NCBI GenBank assembly: GCA_052139735.1
Contig: JBKQWB010000050.1
Span: 8,337-72,336 of the forward strand
Direction: 5' to 3'
Length of the DNA stretch: 64,000 nucleotides
Source of the DNA: Smithella sp.
GTDB lineage: Bacteria > Desulfobacterota > Syntrophia > Syntrophales > Smithellaceae
Numbering within the stretch: position 1 is the stretch's first letter; the number at the start of each line of letters is the position of its first letter. Both the position numbers and the translations under genes were made by a program. The notes under the pieces are model-generated. The model searched no databases and was not told where the DNA came from. It was given only the letters and a program-made list of their open reading frames with translations. This document shows positions 9,166-18,004 of the stretch, one piece after another.

Positions 9166-10305
9166 ATGAAAACAAAAATTACCGAATTATTCGGGATTGA
9201 ATATCCGGTTATTCTGCCCGGCATGAGCTGGATAAGCGTGCCGGAACTTGTTGCCGCGGTATGCAACGCCGGAGGAATCGGTTATCTGGCCACCGGCCCT
9301 CTAAGCCCGGATAAAACGAGACAATCGATCAGACGAATAAGAGAGCTTACCGATAGGCCTTTCGGAGTGGGAGCCACTCTTTTAATGCCGGGAGCTGTTG
9401 AAAACGCTCTGGCAGCCATTGAGGAAAAAGTTCCCGTTCTAAATATATCTCTTGGCAAGGGCGAGAATCTGATAAAAAAAGTACACGCGTACAACGGCAA
9501 AGTGATAAGCACAGTGACCACTGTAGCCCACGCGCTGGCGGCGGAAAAATCCGGGGCAGACGCTCTGCAGGTGACAGGTTATGAAGCTGCGGCTCATGGA
9601 AGTCAGGTTACGACCATGGTTTTGGTCCCCGCGATAGTGGACGCGGTAAAAATACCCATTGTAGCGATAGGTGGAATCGCTGACGGCAGAGGTATGGCCG
9701 CAGCTTTCGCTCTGGGAGCCGAAGGTGTGGGAATGGGCACAAGACTTTCCATCACAAAGGAAAGTCCTGTTCATCATTATACCAAGAAAAAGCAGTTGGA
9801 ATGCGGGGCGGAAGACACCATCTATTCCAATAGATTTGACGCTCTGTATTGCAGAATTTTAAAAACCCCTTCTGCCGAAAAGGCAATTAAGCAAGGCCGT
9901 AATATTCCCAAAGGACTTATTGCCTCGTTTGCCATTGCCAAATCATTAAATCTTTCCTGGATAAAACTGGCTACATCCATTTTATCCGGCCCTCAGGGCG
10001 AAAAAGCGGAAAAGCCTGATAATTTTGCGGCAAAAACAAATACCGGGTCAAAAGCAAAAAATAATAAATCATTGATCAGCGCAATGCTCAAAGGCTCGAA
10101 GATGGGAATGAATCTGGCGCATATGGCTCAGGCTTATGAAACCATAAAAGAAGCAACCGAGAATGGTAATCTTGAAAAAGGCGTATATCTTTCCGGTCAG
10201 GTTCAGGGAATCATCCGCGACATTCCGACCGTGGCGGAGGTCATTAATCGAACCGTTGAGGAATTCATTAAAATTCAAAAAGATATGGCGTGCAAAATAA
10301 CCTGA
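9166..10305 (+). CDS. Nitronate monooxygenase / FabK-like FMN oxidoreductase (NMO family)
   Basis: 379 aa. The N-terminus ITELFGIEYPVILPGMSWISVPELVAAVCNAGGIGYLA and the IPIVAIGGIADGRG motif are typical of the NMO family. Confidence 0.8.
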   Translation: MKTKITELFGIEYPVILPGMSWISVPELVAAVCNAGGIGYLATGPLSPDKTRQSIRRIRELTDRPFGVGATLLMPGAVENALAAIEEKVPVLNISLGKGENLIKKVHAYNGKVISTVTTVAHALAAEKSGADALQVTGYEAAAHGSQVTTMVLVPAIVDAVKIPIVAIGGIADGRGMAAAFALGAEGVGMGTRLSITKESPVHHYTKKKQLECGAEDTIYSNRFDALYCRILKTPSAEKAIKQGRNIPKGLIASFAIAKSLNLSWIKLATSILSGPQGEKAEKPDNFAAKTNTGSKAKNNKSLISAMLKGSKMGMNLAHMAQAYETIKEATENGNLEKGVYLSGQVQGIIRDIPTVAEVINRTVEEFIKIQKDMACKIT

Positions 10306-10346
10306 ACATATAGCGTGCTAATCTATACTTAAATAATTTTGTAATA

Positions 10347-10550
10347 ATGCCGTTGGATTTTAAAGGATAACGAGGCGGCAAGGAGGAGGAACCGCAGGCG
10401 TATTGTGATCCACGCCATTATGGCGCGGATCATCGGTAAGGAAATGATCTATTCATATTGTGTCCCCTTCGGGGATACACTCCCGTATCTAATACGTTGA
10501 GGAAGCCGACGACGATGCCAACAAAGTTAGCCTTTAAAATCCAACGGCAT
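10347..10550. repeat. 204-bp element with 20-bp perfect terminal inverted repeats (ATGCCGTTGGATTTTAAAGG) enclosing a hairpin-rich 164-nt core; function unknown (structured RNA or MITE-like)
   Basis: Arms at 10347-10366 and 10531-10550, extending to 24 nt with 1 mismatch. Internal hairpins at 10407-10431 and 10460-10480, the latter with a C(UUCG)G tetraloop. Confidence 0.8.
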
Positions 10551-11069
10551 GGAGGGCTTCATTGTGGCTATATACTTCCTGCAAAGATCACGATAAACGT
10601 CTATGCCTGATTTGGCCATTATCTTCTGGGCATCGGTAACATCATGAGTAATTTTTGCCGGATTGCCCGCAACGATTTTACCGGCGGGAATCAGCATTCC
10701 TTTGGATACAACCGAAGCGATGGAAACAAAAACATCTTCTTCACATACTACATTAAAAAATAAAATAGCGCCTATGCCGATCACGCATCTGGATTTGATG
10801 TGCACATCGTGAAGGATTACTCCATGAGCAATAGTAACGTCTTCTTCAACGATTACCCTGGAACCGGGATAAACATGAATAACGGCATTATCCTGAACAT
10901 TGGAGCGGTTGCCGATAACAACCGGCCCGAAATCGGCGCGAATGGAAACGCCAGGAGCAATCAGACATTCATGGCCGACTTCTATATCGCCGATTAACGA
11001 GGCCTGCGGATGGACGAAAGAATCATCCGGCACCCTCGGCCTTTTTCCATCAAATTCATAGAGCGCCAT
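10527..11069 (-). CDS. Gamma-carbonic-anhydrase-like / hexapeptide-repeat (LbH) protein
   Basis: 180 aa. The N-terminus MALYEFDGKRPRVPDDSFVHPQASLIGDIEVG plus hexapeptide repeats (IRADFGPVVIGNRSNVQDNAVIH) match the YrdA/PaaY family. Confidence 0.75.
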   Translation of the reverse strand: MALYEFDGKRPRVPDDSFVHPQASLIGDIEVGHECLIAPGVSIRADFGPVVIGNRSNVQDNAVIHVYPGSRVIVEEDVTIAHGVILHDVHIKSRCVIGIGAILFFNVVCEEDVFVSIASVVSKGMLIPAGKIVAGNPAKITHDVTDAQKIMAKSGIDVYRDLCRKYIATMKPSMPLDFKG

Positions 11070-11089
11070 AACTATTTCCTTCCGGACAT

Positions 11090-12085
11090 TTATTGATCCA
11101 CAGAAAAACTGACCGATCCGCCCCTGCCTAAAATATCATGCAGATGCACATATCCCTTGAGTTCCTTTTTCTCATTAACCACGGCAAAAGAGGTTATCTC
11201 GTCTTTTTGCATCAGTTCCATGGCTTGAGCCAGAAAAATATTTTCATTGATCGTCTTGGGATCGCGGGTCATTATATCGTTTATAATTTTCCCTTCAAAA
11301 GATATTCCCTTGCTGATCATGCGGCGCACATCGCCGTCAGTTAAAATTCCCAGCAATTTATTTTTCTTATCGGTGATTAAAACAAATCCGACATTTTTAC
11401 GATTAATTTCTTCAATCGCTTTTTGGGCTGAAGCTCCCGTGAGCACTTTGGGGATTTTTTTCCCGACAATCATGGCATCTCCCACCGTTTCTCTTAATCT
11501 AACGCCCAGATTTCCCCCCGGATGAAATTTGTAGAAATCTTTTTCTTTAAATTGTTTCTCGGCCAGCAGGGCAATAGCCAGAGCGTCGCCAATCGCCAAA
11601 GTAGCTGTGGAACTGGACGTAGGGACAAGATTAAAGGGACAGGCTTCTTTTTCCACGGAAACGTCAATGACAATGTCGCTTGTTCGGGCAAGAGTTGACG
11701 ATAATCCGCCTGTAAAAGCGATGATGGGAGCGCCAATATGACGAACAGAATTTATGACGGGTATAAGTTCTCTGGTTTCGCCGCTGTTGGAAATGGCCAG
11801 CAATATGTCTTCTTTAGTGACAATTCCCAAATCTCCATGAAGGCCTTCAACAGGATGGAGAAAAAGAGCCGGTGTACCCGTGCTGGTTAAAGTGGCTACT
11901 ATTTTTCGTCCAATCAAGCCGGATTTACCGATTCCCGTAATAATCACCCTGCCCTTGGATTTGCAGATCAAATTAACGGCTCGTGAAAAGTTATTGTCGA
12001 TTTTATCAATCAACTGCAAAATACTTTCCGCTTCTATTCTTAATACATCTTTGGCCCGCTTAATAATATTTTGTTTTTTTATCAT
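11090..12085 (-). CDS. kdsD: Arabinose-5-phosphate isomerase (KpsF/GutQ family; SIS + CBS pair)
   Basis: 331 aa. SIS motif GRVIITGIGKSG, then AISNSGET, then C-terminal tandem CBS domains. Confidence 0.85.
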   Translation of the reverse strand: MIKKQNIIKRAKDVLRIEAESILQLIDKIDNNFSRAVNLICKSKGRVIITGIGKSGLIGRKIVATLTSTGTPALFLHPVEGLHGDLGIVTKEDILLAISNSGETRELIPVINSVRHIGAPIIAFTGGLSSTLARTSDIVIDVSVEKEACPFNLVPTSSSTATLAIGDALAIALLAEKQFKEKDFYKFHPGGNLGVRLRETVGDAMIVGKKIPKVLTGASAQKAIEEINRKNVGFVLITDKKNKLLGILTDGDVRRMISKGISFEGKIINDIMTRDPKTINENIFLAQAMELMQKDEITSFAVVNEKKELKGYVHLHDILGRGGSVSFSVDQ

Positions 12086-12324
12086 TTATTTTGCCTTTTA
12101 CATATATTGTGACTTTTAATATTTTCCCAATCAGATAAATTGAAACTAGCAAAAAATATCAGACAAAACAAGAATCAATTATTTGCCCTTAGCAGGAACA
12201 AATGCCTGTCTATCGAAAAGATCACGTTAATAAGATACTATTTTCAGCCGCTTTGCAGGTGCTTATTGACCTGGCGTAACGTATCTGCTAAAGCATATTT
12301 GCAGTAAATCTATAGGATTAAAAT

Positions 12325-13098
12325 ATGAAGGCAATTTTCATTTCCGATGCTCATTTGAAGAAATCAAGCGATGAAAGATACGAAAAACTAATAGATTTCT
12401 TCAATATCATTAAAGAAGGAAATGTCCATACTCTGGTCAATCCTGATGGGACCGGCACAAAACCGGCTTATATTGATGATCTTTATTTTGCCGGCGATTT
12501 GTTTGATTTCTGGTTTTGCCGCAAAGAAGAAATTCATCCGGAATTTAAACCGGTAATCAATAAATTAATTGAATTGCAAAAAGCTGGAATCCGCATCCAT
12601 CTGGGCGAAGGAAACCATGATTTCTTCATGGGAGAATACTTTCACGATGTTTTGGGAATGGATGTGTTCGAAGAAATGGAGGATGCGAGGCTGGATAATT
12701 CGCGCATTCTGATCGCTCACGGCGACACCGCGGATGGAACTAATATTAGATACATTTTGCTTCGTAAGTTTTTACGCAGCCGGGCTTTTTATAATTTTCA
12801 ACGCTTTGTTCCGGCGTCAATCCGCTGGACATTAGCCGGACTTACTTCCACGGTAAGCAAAGAAATGACTATAGAGGACGGCGACGCGCTGGTAAAAAAA
12901 CTGGCCTCTTTCGCCTTCACAAAATTTCAGGAAGGTTACGACGCTGTTATTCTCGGACATAGTCATGTGCCCAGTTTAAATAATTATACTGTCGCGGGCA
13001 GGAAAAGAAGTTTTATTACACTGGGTGACTGGATCAATCATTATTCTTTTTTATACTATGAGGATGATCATTTTTTTCTCCGGTATTACCGGCAGTAA
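12325..13098 (+). CDS. lpxH: UDP-2,3-diacylglucosamine hydrolase-like metallophosphoesterase
   Basis: 257 aa. Calcineurin-like motifs ISDAHL, GDLFDFW, GNHD, HGD and GHSH in LpxH order; divergent from kdsD. Confidence 0.7.
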   Translation: MKAIFISDAHLKKSSDERYEKLIDFFNIIKEGNVHTLVNPDGTGTKPAYIDDLYFAGDLFDFWFCRKEEIHPEFKPVINKLIELQKAGIRIHLGEGNHDFFMGEYFHDVLGMDVFEEMEDARLDNSRILIAHGDTADGTNIRYILLRKFLRSRAFYNFQRFVPASIRWTLAGLTSTVSKEMTIEDGDALVKKLASFAFTKFQEGYDAVILGHSHVPSLNNYTVAGRKRSFITLGDWINHYSFLYYEDDHFFLRYYRQ

Positions 13099-13153
13099 TT
13101 TTTTAAAACCCTGTACAGATGTTTTAACATTAATTATTAGTGAGGATTTACTT

Positions 13154-13996
13154 ATGAACTTTGGAGGATTTTATCCGGCGCATTCACTGCGCGATGCTTT
13201 ATTCGCGGTCGTTCCCGTTCCGTACGACCTGACTTCCACGTATCAGTCCGGAAGCCGAAGAGGACCTATAGCCATCATCGAGGCCTCGACCAATATGGAA
13301 CTCTATGATGAAGAATTAAAGAAGGAAACCTATTTGGCTGGAATTCATACGACCCCGCCGGTCACCATTGATGCCCGCGGACCCAAAAACATGATTAACA
13401 TTGTGCGTAAAAAAATTTCCAAAATTGCCGCCGCGAATAAAATACCTGTCATGCTGGGCGGAGAACACAGTATAACCTTTGGCGCCGTGCAGGCGCTTAA
13501 AGAAAAATATCCCAAACTTTCCGTTTTGCAATTGGACGCCCACGCCGATTTACGGGTAAGCTATCAGGAAAGCGCTTACAGCCATGCTTCCGTGGCCAGA
13601 AGAATTTCGGAGATATGCCCGTTAACTCAGGTGGGTATCAGAAGCATGAGCAAAGAGGAGGCTGATTTTTTACCGCAAAGCAAGGTTAAATCCTATAGCG
13701 CCGATTTTGTTTTACAAAACAAAGACTGGTGTGAAAAAATTTGTAAAAATTTAAAAGGCGATCTATTTGTAACGATCGATCTTGATGTTTTTGATCCTTC
13801 CATAATGCCTTCAACCGGCACGCCGGAACCAGGGGGTCTGTATTGGAGGGATGTTTTACACTTACTGAAATCGGTTTCAAAGTCATGTAAAATTCGCGGT
13901 TTTGATGTGGTAGAACTGGCGCCAATTTCCGGCATCGTTGCTCCTGATTTCATGGCGGCTAAACTTATTTACCGTTTCATGGGATACATAACCTAA
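13154..13996 (+). CDS. speB: Agmatinase (arginase/ureohydrolase family)
   Basis: ATG at 13154 follows a GAGGA RBS. Mn-binding motifs GGEHSIT, LDAHADL and DLDVFDP are present. The track start at 13025 overlaps lpxH and is rejected. Confidence 0.85.
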   Translation: MNFGGFYPAHSLRDALFAVVPVPYDLTSTYQSGSRRGPIAIIEASTNMELYDEELKKETYLAGIHTTPPVTIDARGPKNMINIVRKKISKIAAANKIPVMLGGEHSITFGAVQALKEKYPKLSVLQLDAHADLRVSYQESAYSHASVARRISEICPLTQVGIRSMSKEEADFLPQSKVKSYSADFVLQNKDWCEKICKNLKGDLFVTIDLDVFDPSIMPSTGTPEPGGLYWRDVLHLLKSVSKSCKIRGFDVVELAPISGIVAPDFMAAKLIYRFMGYIT

Positions 13997-14067
13997 AGCA
14001 GGAATTTAGGGCCAAACCTTACCCGGAGTCGTAAAAATAAGTTTTGAATATTTGCAAAAAGAACTCC

Positions 14068-14098
14068 TTGACAAATACAGGAGATAATGTTGTAAAGT
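14068..14098 (+). promoter_or_regulatory. Putative sigma70-type promoter for tRNA-fMet (TTGACA at 14068; -10-like TGTAAA/TAAAGT 17-19 nt downstream)
   Basis: Consensus -35 hexamer about 40 nt upstream of the tRNA 5' end; the -10 is weak. Confidence 0.35.
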
Positions 14099-14113
14099 CA
14101 CCGGTTTCAATAT

Positions 14114-14190
<77 letters not shown>

Positions 14191-14200
14191 ATACAAAATC

Positions 14201-14233
14201 AATGGGTTAGGAGAAATCCTAACCCATTTTTTT
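14201..14233 (+). terminator. Rho-independent terminator after tRNA-fMet
   Basis: AATGGGTTAGGA-GAAA-TCCTAACCCATT hairpin followed by TTTTT. Confidence 0.8.
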
Positions 14234-14750
14234 GTGTGCTACCCAATGAACAATAAATATAGAACATTTCTTGTCAAACTATTTACAAATTTCTCCTACT
14301 TTGTTGTCATAACTTTACAACAAAGCTGACTTTATGTACTCCTATCATTAATAAGTAACTCCATCGTTTTTCATTACTTAATATTACATTATTACATTGT
14401 GAAAACAAACAGTTACTACCATTTATTTGCAACACATGGAACCTTGATTATAGTGCTACGGGTTTCTTTCTGCGCATGAAGGAACAGTTTCCGTGGAAAT
14501 TTGGAATTTTTAACCTGGAGTAAAGCCCAAATTTAAAGCGACCGTGTGACTTGAACAATGCAGAACTTCCATTGAGTAATCAGAAACCTTACAGTCCTTC
14601 TGTCTCCCCCTGTAGAGAAAATTCATAGCAACGCATTTTTCAAGGTGTATGGCAGCTTACAACCAGTAATAAGGCGGGACTACAATTTGTAATAAACACA
14701 ATTTACGCCCGACAACTATCCCCATCGGCAAAAATTTTATTAATATTTCA

Positions 14751-14779
14751 TTGACATACAAATCCGATTTTCTTATGCT
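14751..14779 (+). promoter_or_regulatory. Putative sigma70-like promoter upstream of the cas operon (TTGACA-N17-TATGCT)
   Basis: Read directly; it lies about 270 nt upstream of the cas3 ATG in an AT-rich non-coding stretch. Confidence 0.35.
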
Positions 14780-14937
14780 TCCTACGGCGAGAAGCAATAT
14801 CTTATAAAAAGTATAACATTGTGGGAAGCAGTAGCGCTGAAAAATCGTTTTTTAATGGTGCCACTGTCGTCACACCCAATCCAGTTTTATCATAAGTTAT
14901 TTTGATAATTAAACTATAGTGAACAGGAACCGTGTTC

Positions 14938-15039
14938 ATGATCGATCAATATTTCGCCCATACCTTTCCCGGAAAACCACCTGCCGATTGGCAGCCGCTG
15001 GAACAACATCTAAAAGAAACAGCAGAAAAGGTTAAATAG
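14938..15039 (+). pseudogene. Relic 5' end of a second cas3 (33 codons, then stop)
   Basis: It translates to MIDQYFAHTFPGKPPADWQPLEQHLKETAEKVK*. It shares the (Y/F)AH(S/T)...L..H.KETA pattern with the intact Cas3 N-terminus (MTFYAHSENNFKESHLLSNHSKETATIA) that starts 7 nt downstream. Confidence 0.6.
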
Positions 15040-15045
15040 TGCTCT

Positions 15046-17223
15046 ATGACTTTTTACGCGCATTCAGAAAACAATTTTAAAGAAAGTCATCTACTATCTA
15101 ATCATTCAAAAGAGACAGCAACGATTGCGAAGTCTTTTGCTTGTAACGAAATCTATAAAGCAATATTCTATCTGACAGGTCTATTACATGATCTTGGAAA
15201 ATATCAGATGCCGTTCCAAAACTACCTAAAAAATGGTGGTGTGCGTGGCAGCGTTCCACATGCTTCTTGGGGGGCAGGATATGCCCGCTGCAAAGGTATG
15301 CTGGAAACATCTATCGTGATTGATGGCCATCATAAGGGCATCCCTGACAATTCTGCATGGAAGGGTGACACGGAACCATTCAAGCGCAATGAAGTCGACG
15401 GATTTGAAAACGTGCTTGGCGCTTTTATCGAAGATAACAGCTTCGATGAAAACATCTTTAATAAAGACATAATATCAGAAATACCAAAAACATCATCACA
15501 ACGGGAAGTATTTATCAGATATTTATTCAGTGCCTTGACGGATAGTGATTGGCTTTCTACTGAAAAGCATTTCAACAAGGATGCTTCCGCCATGCGTGTC
15601 TGCGCGCAGCTTGCTATTGATGAAATGACATGCAAATTAGAGAAGGCCTTTTCCGAAAAATCCACAGATGGTGATATTAACCGTATGCGGAATGAAGCGC
15701 GCCAGCAGGTGCTCCAAAAAGCCGGTTTGAGTTGTGGATTTTATTCGTTGACCCTTCCAACCGGTATGGGAAAAACGCTTATATCTATGGCGTGGGCTTT
15801 AAAACACGCAAAGATAAATCATTTAAAACGAATAATAATTGTTCTTCCTTTCGTGAACATCATTGATCAGACAGCACAGGTATTGAAAGACATATTTGGT
15901 GAAGAATGGATATTAGAGCATCACTCCGGATTCAATGAGGATGAGGATGCAACCAAGGATACCGAAGAAAGATATTCTCTTTTGGAGCAAAGAAAGAAAC
16001 TGGCCTGCGAGAATTGGAACTATCCAGTCATCTTGACGACTACTGTCCAATTCTTTGAGTCACTCTTCAGCAATAGACCATCAAGATGCCGGAAGATTCA
16101 CAATATTGCCGAGTCTGTGGTCATATTTGATGAAGTTCAAACGCTACCAAAGGAAATAATCTTACCCACCCTTCAGATGCTGAAAGATGTTCAGACAGTA
16201 ATGAGAACATCTTTTCTGTTCTGCACAGCGACACAACCCGCATTTGAAAAAAGAAAGGGGTTTGATGGTATCGATACCATATATCCTTTAATGGACAACC
16301 CTACCGAGATATACAGGGAAACAAAGCGTGTTAAATACAATTTATTGAATAATCTGGAACCTATAAATTCCAGTGATCTTCTAAATGCAGTTGTGAATGA
16401 AGCAACTTCGACGCTCGTCATATTCAACACTAAAAAGGCCGCATTGGAATTCTATAATTCTGCCGAAAATAGTGTGCAATGGGAAAGCAAGTATCATTTA
16501 TCGACGGCTATGTGTCCTGCACACAGAAAGAATGTCATAAAGAATGTCCGGGCTGATTTGGAAGCAGGGCGTAAAATCATTGTGTCTTCTACACAGTTGA
16601 TTGAGGCAGGTGTGGATTTTGATTTTCCGGTAGTGTTTCGCGCTATGGCTCCTCTTGAATCGATTATCCAGTCGGCAGGGCGCTGCAATCGGGAAAACAA
16701 ATTAGGCAAATCCGGTGGCAGAGTATTTCTATTCAAGATTATCGATGGCGGCATGCCGGATAAGACTTATGCTGCATGCGCAAGTCATGCAGAAGAGTTT
16801 CTTAGAACAGACATTGAACAGCTTCACAATCATCAATCATTCAATAAATACTATGCCCAAGTAGTTCAACTTTACGTTGACCCAGACAAACACAATATAA
16901 ATGCAACACGAAAAGCCTTTAATTTTAAAACGGTCAACGACGGTTATAGAATAATCAAGAATGCTACCGAAGGATTGTATATGTATAACTACAGCGATGA
17001 AAGCAGACAATTACGTCGTACGCTCGAATACAAGGAATTTTTATCTAAGGATGATTACCGGAAGATGCAGCCTTTTATAGTGCCCGTTTATAAGTCTTTT
17101 ATTATTCAAAATGGTTCAATGTGTAAAACAATGCCGCAAGGATTTATGGTTTGGTATGGCAATTATGATCAGCAAACAGGTATTTCAGTTGCACCCATTG
17201 ATGCGGATAAATTAATCGTATAA
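15046..17223 (+). CDS. cas3: CRISPR-associated nuclease/helicase Cas3 (type I-C)
   Basis: 725 aa. HD domain (LLHDLGKY, IDGHHKG, LTDSDW) fused to an SF2 helicase (LPTGMGKT, IFDEVQ, SAGRCNRE); first gene of the cas operon. Confidence 0.95.
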   Translation: MTFYAHSENNFKESHLLSNHSKETATIAKSFACNEIYKAIFYLTGLLHDLGKYQMPFQNYLKNGGVRGSVPHASWGAGYARCKGMLETSIVIDGHHKGIPDNSAWKGDTEPFKRNEVDGFENVLGAFIEDNSFDENIFNKDIISEIPKTSSQREVFIRYLFSALTDSDWLSTEKHFNKDASAMRVCAQLAIDEMTCKLEKAFSEKSTDGDINRMRNEARQQVLQKAGLSCGFYSLTLPTGMGKTLISMAWALKHAKINHLKRIIIVLPFVNIIDQTAQVLKDIFGEEWILEHHSGFNEDEDATKDTEERYSLLEQRKKLACENWNYPVILTTTVQFFESLFSNRPSRCRKIHNIAESVVIFDEVQTLPKEIILPTLQMLKDVQTVMRTSFLFCTATQPAFEKRKGFDGIDTIYPLMDNPTEIYRETKRVKYNLLNNLEPINSSDLLNAVVNEATSTLVIFNTKKAALEFYNSAENSVQWESKYHLSTAMCPAHRKNVIKNVRADLEAGRKIIVSSTQLIEAGVDFDFPVVFRAMAPLESIIQSAGRCNRENKLGKSGGRVFLFKIIDGGMPDKTYAACASHAEEFLRTDIEQLHNHQSFNKYYAQVVQLYVDPDKHNINATRKAFNFKTVNDGYRIIKNATEGLYMYNYSDESRQLRRTLEYKEFLSKDDYRKMQPFIVPVYKSFIIQNGSMCKTMPQGFMVWYGNYDQQTGISVAPIDADKLIV

Positions 17224-17236
17224 TCAGGAGGTGAGT

Positions 17237-18004
17237 ATGCTTGATAGTCGAATCGTAAGCGTAAAAGTAACAGGGGGCTTTGCCTGTTTTACTAGGCCTG
17301 ACCTGAAAGTTGAACGTATGACTTACCCATGTATGACGCCGTCGGCAGCGCGCGGTATTCTTGATTCCATTTTGTGGAAGCCAGAGTTTCAGTGGTATGT
17401 CAGAAGAATAATTGTTTTAAATCCCATCAGGTTTGCTTCGATCAAGCGAAATGAAATTAATACTAAGCAAGGCAAAACACCAATTGTTGTCGATGAAGTC
17501 GATATCGCGGGTAAACCAAAGTATCGCGCGCAAAGAAATAGTGTCACTTTAAGGGATGTAGCTTACGTCATTGAAGCATCAATTTATCAGAAACAATTAT
17601 CGGATAGAAACAAACCTGAAAAATATATTGGCCAAAAAGGCATTGACGCGGATCATGACGGCATATTTATCCGCCGTGTTAAAAAAGGGCAATGCTGGCG
17701 AAGGCCATATTTAGGCACACGTGAATTTGCCGCAGAGTTCATGGAGCCTCATGGCAAGGAACAACCAATAAAAGAAACAATACCCATTGGAAGCATGTTG
17801 TTTGATATATTCTATGATGCGAATGGTAAGCCTGAACCAGTATTCTTTCATGATGTAGCAATCCGCAATGGCGTTTTGAACTGCGAAGTACCGGAGAATG
17901 ACAAAATGATGCAGTCAAGCCATATGCAGCCACCAATAGACAGCGAAACTTCTTCCTTAATCTATGCATTTAACCAACAGGAAGAAAAGGAGGCTGCCTT
18001 ATGA
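17237..18004 (+). CDS. cas5: Cas5c (Cas5d) pre-crRNA-processing subunit, type I-C
   Basis: VKVTGGFACFTRPDLKVERMTYPCMTPSAARGILDSILWKPEF is the Cas5 I-C signature. ATG at 17237 lies 5 nt after AGGAGG; the track GTG at 17231 overlaps the RBS. Confidence 0.9.
   Translation: MLDSRIVSVKVTGGFACFTRPDLKVERMTYPCMTPSAARGILDSILWKPEFQWYVRRIIVLNPIRFASIKRNEINTKQGKTPIVVDEVDIAGKPKYRAQRNSVTLRDVAYVIEASIYQKQLSDRNKPEKYIGQKGIDADHDGIFIRRVKKGQCWRRPYLGTREFAAEFMEPHGKEQPIKETIPIGSMLFDIFYDANGKPEPVFFHDVAIRNGVLNCEVPENDKMMQSSHMQPPIDSETSSLIYAFNQQEEKEAAL

Noticed and set aside
13025-13153. Upstream extension of the agmatinase ORF overlapping the lpxH 3' end
   Set aside because: The hydrophobic extension has no homology-like features. 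ATG at 13154 has an RBS and gives the expected agmatinase N-terminus.
14234-14937. Search for an integrase remnant or a direct repeat of the tRNA-fMet 3' end that would define a classical integrative island
   Set aside because: I saw no convincing ORF fragment or tRNA-derived repeat by eye, here or at 25.6-25.75 kb. A sensitive alignment is needed before any claim.
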